Shown here: one piece after another, positions 41,001 to 53,000 of the stretch | Position numbering within the stretch: the stretch's first letter is position 1 | Layout of the letters: each line of letters starts with the position of its first letter | Assembly: GCA_038087875.1 (NCBI GenBank) | Contig: CM075987.1 | Span: 18,912,001-18,976,000, forward strand | From: Malacoraja senta | Taxonomy: Eukaryota | Reading direction: 5' to 3' | DNA: 64,000 bases | Notes under the pieces: model-generated | Databases searched by the model: none | Seen by the model: only the letters and a program-made list of their open reading frames with translations | What the model was told of the DNA's origin: nothing | Translations under genes and position numbers: made by a program

Positions 41001-44000
41001 TGCATCCACACTGTGGTCAACTGCTCTTGCGCTGTGCTACTCTGCTGCAGAGTATGCTTGTCCTGTTTGGGAGAGATCATCTCATGCAAAGAAAGTTGAT
41101 GCCACCCTTAATGACAGCTGCAGATGCATCACTGGCTGCCTAAAACCAACGGATGTGGATAGCTTGCATGTCTTGGCCGGTATTGTTCCACCAGGAATCC
41201 GCAGATCAGTTGCAGATAGAACTGAACATTGTAGGTAAGTTGGGGACACCCGCCATTCCTGTCACTCCCATCACCCACCCCCAAAACAGCTGAAGTCGAA
41301 GAAGAGCTTCCTTCACACAGTCCAGCCACTGTCAGTCTCCTCAAGCAACCAGACTAGCCTTGTGGGAAAAGAAACGCAGTGAAAACCACCACCACGTAAA
41401 GATGCCAATCCCAACCAAGGAACAGTTACCACCTGGTCACAGGTGTGACTGGAAGACCTGGAAGTCCCTCATAGGCTTCATACAGGGATGGGCTGAGGCA
41501 AGACCAATATGAGCAAATGGGGCTATGCGGATGTGGCAGACACAGAATGTGAATGTGGAACATCTATACAATCAATGCCACACCTACTAAGATGCCCACT
41601 TCTTGGTGAACAATGCTGCCTGGAAGATCTAGCGGTGGCAAACGAGAAGGCTGTCCACTGCAAGAGCCTGGCCGAACATTTGAAACATAAGATGATGGAC
41701 ACGAAAGAAGATATTGATAAACAGCAAAAAGTTTCCAAAGTTGATGGAAAGACTGGGGGAAAGACTAGGTGCTGAGAGGTCTCTTATACCTGCATTAAGG
41801 AGGCAATTAAACACACCTGAGCAATTACAAATGCCTGTGAAGCCATGTGTCCCAACATTATGGTGCCCTGAAATGGGGGGGGGGGGGGGCTATGTATAAA
41901 CACAGCTGTAATTTCTACATGGTGAAAACCAAAATGTATAAAAATGGCCTTTAATAAAATCTGACAATGTGCACTTTAACCACATGTGATTTTTTTTCCA
42001 TTACAAATCTCAAATTGTGAAGTACAGAGGCAAATAAAGAAATGATGGGTCTTTGTCCCAAACATTATGGAGGGCACTGTATGTGCCTTTTTTACTTTGG
42101 TTAAATAAATAATCAAGCATGTACAGATGGGTTAAGTTCTAATTCTCCCTGAGGGATGAGGTTGTGCAATAAACGTTTTTGACCATGTTTTCATCTCAAT
42201 TTCAACACTTGGGACCTACTGCCATATTAATTCAGATAATTTGAAAAGTACCCTGCTGAAAGAAAAATCAAGGCAAAGAACTTGTTCTACAACTTAGCAG
42301 TTTGATCATGAGAGGAAGGATGTAAATTGGGTAAGAGCAAAACCTTCTCCTTATTTATTTACTAAGCACAAGCCAAGCTGGACAATGGGACAAAAAAAAG
42401 TTATTGTTATCCAAGTAATGTAAATGGAAATCAAATTAGAAAGTGCATATATTTATTGAGCATTGAATTTTTAAATTTCAAAATAGCAATAAATTAATTT
42501 CTGTACAATTCATCATTACAAGGTTTATTACAATAGAAAAGGTTTCTGGACCCTTTTTCTGCCTGGTGGCACGACAGTCACAAAGTATTCTGGACAAGTA
42601 TCTCCCCCAATTTTGTTCACATGTAAATATATATAACAGATTATTTTACTGATATCAATCAGGAAACATTGACTTTTACCCTTTGATTCAGGAGTGCTGA
42701 GAAGATTTGCATAATTTTAGTTCAGGGGAACTTCTTTCTTCATGGTATACTCTGCACCTAACTTCCCTCTGATAAGTTCATGCTGCAGGGAATTTATCCA
42801 GTGAGACACTAACTAAGCTGCATGCTGGTCAACCGTGTATCTCTGGTATAGCTCTGGCAAGAAGCAAGTACATATTAAACCAAAAGATACAGCATGACTG
42901 GGAAAAGGTGGGCCAGTCTCTCATTGCTTTAACAGAGACAATAAATATACAGGGCTCACCAGCCCAAATAGGATGATAATAAATTAGATTGGAAAAATGT
43001 ATTTATTTAGTCAAACTTCAAAGTCATAGGTGGCTTACAGGACAATAATCTACAATAATAAATAAACTAAACTAAAACGAACCTTTAGCAGGTCCAGTTA
43101 CTATGCACGTTTCATAATGCAAAGAAAAGGTACTGTTAAGTCGGTTCTCAATTATAAAGCTTGTATTTCTCTCCACCCACAAAATTAGCTAAACATTCTT
43201 ACATTTCAGCAGAAAAGACTGTACATCAAGGAACTGAAAAAACTAATAAATAAAAATCTCACCTTAATTTCAAATATGCATGTTTGCAAAGAATAATTCA
43301 CTACACAAAGACACACTACACACATTCACTATACAAAGTATTACTTCGTCAACAGGTATGCCCTTACCCGAAAGGTTGGATAGAAGTGAATACCATAGTC
43401 TGCACATGCAGCAAAATTCTTCTCCTCGGCACAGTCCATCGCACCGACCCTGATTGCCAATTCCCAATCTGCACAGAAAAGTTTACTTCATTATTTTCCG
43501 ATACAAATTTAGCACTTGACAGTGGCCAGATAAAGCCGTTGAGAAAGGTGAATGAGATACTTAAATTTATCAGATGGGGAATGGAATAAAATTGTAAACA
43601 TTATTAGTCAGGTCAAAATTGAACCTCCAGTCACCACCAAACAAGATAGCTCTGGAGAGGATGCAGAGATAATGCGCATGTTGCCAGGGCTGAAGAATTA
43701 TAATGATGAAGAGAAACAAAATTTGTTAGGGATTGTGCTCTTTTGGATAGAGGATATTGAGGAGATATTTGAAATGAAGTGTGCAAAACTATTGTCCCTC
43801 TGTTGCAGTTACTCTTTCACAAGATAATTAGCAAATTAGTAGGCAGAGTCTGTTGCTTTTATTTCCTTTTTTTAAAGTTTGTAAGAAACAAAGTCTCCAA
43901 TATTACAAAAGTAGTAAGGTGATTGCATTCTACAATTTCCTTTGATTTGAGCTGTCCATTTAGAACATGAAAATGAAGGGAACCATAAAGTATTCACATG

Positions 44001-47000
44001 TTAATTGGCTAATTATTAATTGGGTAACAAAACAAAGGAAATTGCAAAGATGTCTGGATTGCCACACACCTTTCCAGACTGATTAAATGAAAAAATATTA
44101 TTATTTTTTAATTATTCAAAGAAATTGAAAAGGGAAGCCAAGTGGCTGCAGAAAATCTTTTTACGAAGGTCTGCAGCAAGCAAGAATTTCATTGTCCTAT
44201 CTGGGACACATGACAATAAAACTCTCTTGATTCTTTTTCATTAACCAAGTTTAATAAGAGTGCTGTTGAAAACTACATTGAGAATCGGGCATATGTTTGG
44301 AGAGTATGTGTGAATTATATTAGAAATTACTGAGAATTGGTAATAGTTGTAATTACTTAAATTACAGGAATTAAGATTAACCAAGACTGGCAGGATTTCA
44401 GAATTTATTTCTGCTAATGCTTAAATTGTCAGCGATAAACTGTTGAGAAACGAAGGATAGAATGAGATTTTCTTTACTAAATGCAAATAAAATGTTAATC
44501 TGCAATCTCAATAGATAAAACCGATAACTTTGAAATCCAATTAAAAGGTCACATTAATTTCTGTAAAGGTAAACGGTGTTTTAAAAAATGCAATCACGGG
44601 TGAAGGTTAGCAAGACCGTTAGGCTATTGACACTTAAATATTTTATTTAATAAATATGTCAAGGATTGGATTGGAAGGGAAAACTTTTTTTAATTATTGT
44701 GCTTGGTGATAATAGTGAGGCAAGACTCCAGAGGACCAAAGTAATAATGATCATATGGTCCATTCGCAGGTCAACTGTAAAATAATTGATTATAGTACAT
44801 TCAATAATGCCAGGTTTGATCACAAAGAGAAATTACTGGAAGGTATTACTGGAAAAGTTTATTTTCCTTCTCAACAGAATCACTCAGGAAAAAAGCCACA
44901 TAAAAATAATTTCAGGCAGCTGAGAGGAAAAATCAGAGCTCCTGAGATTAAAGGCCAAACTTCACATAGCACAATTTTAAACAACTGCATAATTGGAGGG
45001 TTGTAAATAATAAGTGGATTTTGATTGCACTCGAGTTATGGGCAGAAATCTGTAGCATTCAACAGATTAACACTGCTGACAATTTTCTCTTTCAAATTGA
45101 ACTATTTCATTTGCAGATAATGCAAAAACGTGGCTGTCTTTGAGATTACGTTGTACCACTTGAAAAACGATCAAAATTCTGTTTTATCCTAAAGAACGCC
45201 CGAGATAATAAAAGGTACTATCAGTTCTTTCACCAAAGCAATAAAATTGCTTGCCAATTTTGATGTGACTTGAGTCATCTACAGAGAACAAGTATAATGT
45301 CATATACTTGAGGTAGATTAGGAAACTGCATAGTTTGTATTCTGTTAAAAAATAAAGACATGTCATGCTGGCTGGGACCAGCAAATTCACATTTTAGGGA
45401 CTACAGGGAAAGCAAAATGAATTTTAAGATGCCTTCCTGGAGCAGTTTAAATAAATAAAAATAATATTTATCTCCTATATAGATTTGGTGCCAATTAATT
45501 TGCCTTCATATACCCAAGCAATATGTGCATCAATGAGCAGCACCTTTTAAAAACAGTTGCCATCTTTGTAAGTATTTTCCCAGTAAACAAATCTTTCAGG
45601 AATCAGACATCTAGATGCTAATTATAGTTTGCACAATCATCTCATCACTCAATACATTCTATACTGTATATACGGAAGCATAAACAAGCAGAAGGACACT
45701 TTATTCATTGTGTTCAATTGAAGTGACAACTTCCATCCCTCGAACCCTGTCACCATGCATTAGAAGTAACAACACAAAATCATAAGAGAAACAAAGATTC
45801 TTCCTCACGCCAGCTAGGCGGAGCAAACACTATGTGGCAGTAGAATAGTGACACAAGGAACTACAGATGCTGGAATCTTGAGGAAAACCCAAAGTGCTGG
45901 AGTAACTCAGCAAGTCAGCGGTAGACACAAAATGCTGGTCAGCGGGTGAGGCAGCATCTCTGGAGAGAAGGAATGAGTGACGTTTCGGATCGAGACCCTT
46001 CTTCAGCAAGTCAGCCACTGAGTTTACTCCAGCAGATAGTGGCAGCACCTTTGGAAGTAGTCGGAAAGTAAAGGAAGGAAAAAATATATCCACAAACATA
46101 GGATATATGCCAGTGAAGCAAATCATTTCTTGTAAGATAGTTTCACAAGAATCATAAAAAGGCTTTCATAAGGTGATTGCTTAATATCTTACCCCACAGC
46201 TCATTGCTGAAATATGAAGTGCCAGTATCTAATGATGTAATTGTCTGGAATCCAATTAACCTGGCACTGATGAGGTGTCACATCACCAAATTACAAAAGT
46301 GTGCACTCACTCCCCCACTACCAAAACTGGAGAAATAGTATCTATGTCATGTGTAGACACAAGCATTAACTGGCAATAGTTAAATGGGGTTTGGAATAAA
46401 AACTAAGATGAAAAATTAAAGCATTCCTTTAATAATGCTTACATCTAAGTATGGAGAATACAACTGATGCATTAAATTGAGCGGAAAATTTAAAACAAGA
46501 CAAAATATTCACGGAGTTTTGCTTTACTCTTTTGATAGCAACTTGAAAATGTTCACTGCGATAGGAACAACGTAATTACAAAGCTGCTAAGTGGTATAGT
46601 ATTAGCTTTGCACGTTTCTTTCTACTGCAATACCAGTCAAGAGCAGCATGAAAAAAATTCTGCTGGCTGAAAGGTAACTGTTGACTTACATCATCAACTT
46701 GTTCTTACAGTCTTGGCTGTAACCTTATGTAAATAAGCCATTTAACATCTATTCACCTGATATCCATGGCAGGCAACTTACTGGATGGAGGTGATTCGGA
46801 GGGATAAGATATCTATGTACAGTGGCTTGCAAAAGTTTTCATACCCCTTGAACTTTTCCACATTTTGTCACGTTACAACCACAAACGTAAATGTATTTTA
46901 TTGGGATTTTATGTGATAGACCAACACAAAGTGGTGCATAATTGTGAAGTGGAAGGAAAATGATACATGGTTTTCAATTTTTTTTTTACAAATATTAAAC

Positions 47001-50000
47001 TGAAAAGTGTTGCGTGCAAAAGTATTCAGCCCCCCTGAGTCAATACTTTGTAGAACCACCTTTCGCTGCAATTACAGCTGCAAGTCTTTTGGGGTATGTC
47101 TCTACCAGCTTTGCACATCTAGAGACTGAAATTTTTGCCCATTCTTCTTTGCAAAATAGCTCAAGTTCAGTCAGATTGGATGGAGAGCGTCTGTGAACAG
47201 CAATTTTCAAGTTTTGCCAGAGATTCTCTATTGGTCAATTAGGTCTGGACTTTGACTGGGCCATTCTAACACATGAATATGCTTTGATCTAAACCATTCC
47301 ATTGTAGCTCTGGCTGTATGTTTAGGGTCGTTGTCCTGCTGGAAGGTGAAACTCCGCCCCAGTCTCAAGTCTTTTGCAGACACTAACAGGTTTTCTTCCA
47401 AGATTGCCCTGTATTTGGCTCCATCCATCTTCCCATCAACTCTGACCAGCTTCCCTGTCCCTGCTGAACAAAAACATCCCCACAGCATGATGCTGCCACC
47501 ACCATGTTTCACAGTGGGGATGGTGTGTTCAGGGTGATGTGCAGTGTTAGGTTTCCGCCACACATAGCGTTTTGCATTTAGGCCAAAAACGTCAATTTTG
47601 GTCAGATCTGACCAGAGCACCTTCCTCCACGTGTTTGCTGTGTCCCCCACATGGCTTGTGGCAAACTGCAAACGGGACTTCTTATGGCTTTTTTTCAACA
47701 ATGGCTTTCTTCTTGCCACTCTTCCATAAAGTCCCGATTTGTGGAGTGCACGACTAATAGTTGTCCTGTGGACAGATTCTCCCACCTGAGCTGTGGATCT
47801 CTACAGCTCCTCCAGTTACCATGGGCCTCTTGGCTGCTTCTCTGATCAATGCTCTCCTTGCCCGGCCTGTCAGTTTAGGTGGACGGCCATGTCTTAGTAG
47901 GTTTGCAGTTGTGCCATACTCTTTCGATTTTCGGATGATGGATTGAACAGTGCTCCGTGAGATGTTCAAAGCTTGGGATATTTTTTTATAACCTAACCCT
48001 GCTTTAAACTTCTCCACAACTTTATCCCTGACCTGTCTGGTGTGTTCCTTGGGCTTCATGATGCTGTTTGTTCACTAATGTTCTCTAACAAACCTCTGAG
48101 GCCTTCACAGAACAGCTGTATTTATACTGAGATTAGATTACACACAAGTGGACTCTATTTACTAATTAGGTGACTTCTGAAGGCAATTGGTTGCACTGGA
48201 TTTTATTTAGGGGTATCAGAGTAAAGGGGGCTGAATACTTTTGCACGCGACACTTTTCAGTTTAATATTTGTAAAGAAATTTGAAAGCCATGTATCATTT
48301 TCCTTCCACTTCACAATTATGCGCCACTTTATGTTGGTCTATCACATAAAATCCCAATAAAATACATTTACGTTTGTGGTTGTAACGTGACAAAATGTGG
48401 AAAAGTTCAAGCGGTATGAATACTTTTGCAAGCCACTGTATTTGGAAAGTCAGGTGGATTAGGGATAGCAGGGCTCTCGCTTAACTTTTTTTCACTGTTG
48501 CCAGCCGGGCAACCTAGGCAGCTTTTTAGGTTGCCAAATGACAGTTTAGGTGGTCATTTAAGATGGCTTGCCGACATGATATATCCCACAATGACATGCA
48601 GCAAAATTATAAGACAGTATCTCAACTCATTTTACACATTGCAATTAATGCAATTTATATTAGTTCTTTCCACTTCCAAACAAAAATGTGGTTGGATTAT
48701 TCAGCATATGATCAACCTGTGTCAATAAATCCTGGACCATGGTAACATATATGCGTACGTATAGTTGTGAATGTTTTTTTTTTTTTTAATTTTTAAATTT
48801 TTATTTATTAGAAGTACATTACATTACAACCACATACATTAGTACTCGTCATTTATATCTTCTTACAATTAATGTACTCCATTTATTTTTTACACTAGAA
48901 AAGGAAAAGATTGAAAGAAGAAAGTGAAGGAAAAAGTGAAAGTGTAGGAAATGTGACAACAAAAAAGGACGAAGACCCTATAAGAGCAAAATTAAAAACA
49001 AAAGAAAAAGAGTTAAGAAATAGACCCTAGGAAAGAAAGAGAGAGAGAAAGAGGAAAAAGAGAGAAACAAATATTTTTATGAGCATTACGTAAATGGGAC
49101 ATACCAACTATCGTCCCCCCTTACCTGACCTCAATTTTTTTTTTTTTTAAGTACTTTTGCACCCTATGTTTGTAATAATTCTATAAATGCAGACCACGTC
49201 AGGTGGAAGTGACCTGGTTTACCTGCTAGGAGGAGTCTTATCTCTTCTAGGTGTAATGTTTCAAACATATTTGAAATCCACATATTTATAGTTGGTATTG
49301 GAGCCTTCTTCCAAAATTTTAGAATTAGCTTTTTTCCAGTTATTAACCCATAGTCCATTAGTTTCTTTTGAAACACATTTAGTTCTGGACCATCTTCCGT
49401 TATACCGAAGATAATCCATTCTGCTTTGGGTATCAGTCTTGTTTTAAATAACTTTGTAAAGATTTCAAAAATTTCATTCCAAAATTTTTGAATTTTTGTA
49501 CAGAAAACGAATGAGTGCGCTATAGTAGCTTCTTGGGATTGACATTTATCACAAATAGATGATACATTTGGGGACATTTTATGAATTTTAGTTTTCGAAT
49601 AATATAATCTATGTAAAATTTTAAATTGTATTAAAGTGTGTCTTACATTAATCGAGCATTTATGCACATTTAATAAGTATTCATTCCAACTTTCCTTTGA
49701 AATTTTAATAGCTAACTCTTGTTCCCAGTCTCTTCTGATACCCTCCGTAGATGGTATTTGTACATTTAAGATAATATTATACAAATATGATATTAAGTTT
49801 GCTGATTCCGCTTTTATCTGCATTGCCTCGTCCAATACATCTACTGGGTTATTATAATGATCTTTTGTATATTTTTTCAAATAGTCGCATATTTGAAAAT
49901 ATTTAAAATATTGATTATTTCCGAGTTTATATTTTATTTGTAATTGTTGAAATGAAAGTAATTTTCCAGTTCCATACAAGTCACCAAGCGTTTTAATTCC

Positions 50001-53000
50001 TAATCTATCCCATTGTGTATAAGCTTTATCTATAATAGAAGGATTAAACAAAGGGTTATTGACTATAGGTAATAAAAGTGATAAATTTCTTAATTTTAAA
50101 TTTTGTTTTATTTGTTTCCAAATTCGGATTGTACTATGAATAATTGGGTTCTTATTATAATTTATGTTATTCAATTTCATTGGAGAGAGGAGGATCGCTC
50201 CAATGTTTCTAGAGGAGCAATCCTCTTTCTCCATTACAATCCAGTTCACTTGCTGGGCGGAGTTATCCATCAGTTGAATCATATTTTTAATATTTACTGA
50301 CCAATAATAATACATAAAATTAGGTAGTGCTAAACCCCCTAATACTTTAGGTTTATTCAGATGAGTTTTTTGTATTCTATGTGATTTATAGTATTCTATG
50401 TGATTTATAGTCCCATATAAAATTAGTGATATCTGAGTCGAGTTTTTTAAAAAACTTCTTTGGTAAGTATGTTGAAATAGGTATAAAATTTGTGGTAAAA
50501 AGATCATTTTTATTGCATTTATTCGGCCTATTAAAGACATCGGGAGCGTTTTCCAGAATTTAATTAGTGTGTTTAATTTATTAAGTAAGGGGTCAAAATT
50601 TGCCCTAAACATACCTTGATATGATCTGGTAATTTCGATTCCCAAATATTTAAATTTTTCTGTAGCTATTTTAAAAGGGAATTTTAAAAGATGTGTTGAA
50701 TCTTTCGGTTTTATTGACATAATTTCACTTTTATTCCAATTTATTCTATATCCAGAAAAAGATCCAAAGTCTTCAATTAAATTTAATATATTTGGTATAG
50801 TGATTTGAGGTTTTGTAATGTACAGTAATATATCATCCGCGTATAAAGATATTTTATTATATGAATCTTTAGTATTATATCCATGGATATCAGGGTGTAT
50901 TCTAATTTTTTCTGCTAGCGGTTCAATAATGAGAGCAAACGGCTGTGGTGATAATGAGCATCCTTGTCTATTTCCCCTTGATAGTTGGAATTTCGAGGAT
51001 AATATGTTATTAGTTAGTATTCTAGCTGTAGGTTTGTTATATAGTAACTTGATCCATAGAATAAAATTCTCCCCCAGTTGAAATTTTTGTAATACTTTGT
51101 CCATATAATTCCATTCTACTTGATTGTGAATGTTGCTCATTAAATAACTGCAGTACTGATACTCCATATTAAGAGCATTGATTTGCCGTTAAAATGAATT
51201 CTGTAATAACGTATCAACGGCAGCAGTGACAATCGAACACTGCGGTTTTAATGTTTCACGTGTTCACAATTTAATTAATCCATCTTTATAGATTAAAACA
51301 AATAATAACATTGGGAATTAAAACACATTTGATTGCATTCCGTTATCAAACATAGTCAATGTTCGCTCTGAAGACATTTCCAGCACAATAGGGTCAGGGA
51401 GGGGGGGGGGTGTGAATCAGTGCGGGGTGGATAGATGGCGGGGGTGGGGGATTAGAAGGCAGTCGGTGCAGAATGGATGGATTGAGGCAGGTGAATTAGT
51501 ACGTGTTGGTTGGAGTAGGTAAAATTGTGAGGGGAGAGCACCGGGGATGTCAGTGGTGTTGAATGGGGGGGGTTCAGTACGGGATGGATGGGGGTAGACA
51601 AAAGTGCTGGAGAAACTCAGCGGGTGAGGCAGCATCTATGGAGCGAAGGAAATAGGCAACGTTTCATGTCGAGACCCTTCTTCAGTCTGTTCCCCCCATT
51701 CTTCTTGAATGGGAGGATCAGTACAGGATGGATGGGCAGGGGGGGGATATCAGCGCAGGATGAATGGGGGGTCACTACAGGATGAATGAGGGGAAGGGGG
51801 GAACGTGCAGGGTAAATGGAGGGTGGGTCAGTACGGGATGAATGCGTGGATTAGTACAGGATGGATGGAGGAGAAGTGCAGGATGGATGGGAAAGGGGTA
51901 AGTACAGGGTGAATTGGGGAACCAGTGTAGGATGGATGGGGGGGGTGGGGTGGCAGGAGAATCAATGCGAGGTGGATAGGGTGATCAGCGCAGGATGAAT
52001 AGATGGGGGGGGTAGATGTGGAGGGGTGAACAGGGGATGTCAGTGAGGACTGAATAGACGTGGGAATGGGGATCAGTGCGGGATGGAGTGGAGGGGTCCC
52101 AGGATAAGGGGGTGGAGGGGGCGTACAAGAGAGAGAGAGGGGGAGAGAGGGAGAGAGGAAGGAAGGTCAGCGCTCCTCGGACAACATCGCCCCACTGCCT
52201 TGGCCGTTGGGAACTCCTCGCCACCGCCTCCCTCCTCCGCCAGCCAACAGCAAGGTGCGGGGCCGGGCGGTGCAGCTCAGAGATCCTATAGCTATAAGAT
52301 CTTTGATGCAGCTGCTTCAGATGAGTCGGAGCGAATGACGGGCCCCGAACAGCAGCAGCAGCGGCCACGAGAGCGGCTCCATCTACGACTCCTCCCGCCC
52401 CCCGCCCGCCCTGATAAGGGCCTCTGCTTGTAAATCCACTAACCGCGCTTTCAAAACAACCCCTCCCTCCTCCCGGCCTCTACTAGGTGTGGGGTGAGGA
52501 AGGGTCGGAGCGAATGACGGGCTTCGCACAGCGGCAGCAGCGGCCGTGCCAGTGGCTCCATCTCCTCCTCCTCCCACCCGCCCTGATCAGGGCCTCTGCT
52601 TGTAAACCCGCTAACGCCGATAACCGCTTTCAAAACAAACCCGCATGCACGCCGAGGCCTCCCCCTCCCTCCCTCCTCCCGGCCTCGGTGTGCGGGAGAG
52701 TTTGTTTTGAAAACGGTTATCGCCGTTAGCGGGTTTACAAGCAGAGACCCTGATCAGGGCTGGCAGGGGGAGGCGGAGATGGAGCCGCTGCTGCCGCTGT
52801 TCGGGGCCCGTCATTCGCTCCGACCCTTCCTCACCCCGCACCTAGTATCTTTGCCCCGCACAGCCGCCGCCGACACAAAACATTGCGTTCCTTTTGTCCA
52901 GAGATGCTGCCTGACCCGCGGAGTTACTCCAGTTTTTTGTGTCTATCTTCGGTACAAACCAGTATCTGGTTGCCAAGCCGGGCAAAATGACTCAGTGTTT

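Larger units (their letters stand above)
32670..42079 (-). mobile_element. Tc1 transposon carrying nested LTR element and LINE
   Basis: TA|CAGTGCCCTCCATAATGTTTGGGACAA ... TTGTCCCAAACATTATGGAGGGCACTG|TA; ~200-bp TIRs (32670-32869, 41876-42079). Confidence 0.93.

Noticed and set aside
49164..51167. 667-aa ORF as a functional or domesticated L1 protein
   Set aside because: Starts in flanking DNA, lacks the endonuclease and RT N-terminus, and stays open only through compensating indels (19-bp tandem duplication at ~50372-50410 with an off-frame stretch).
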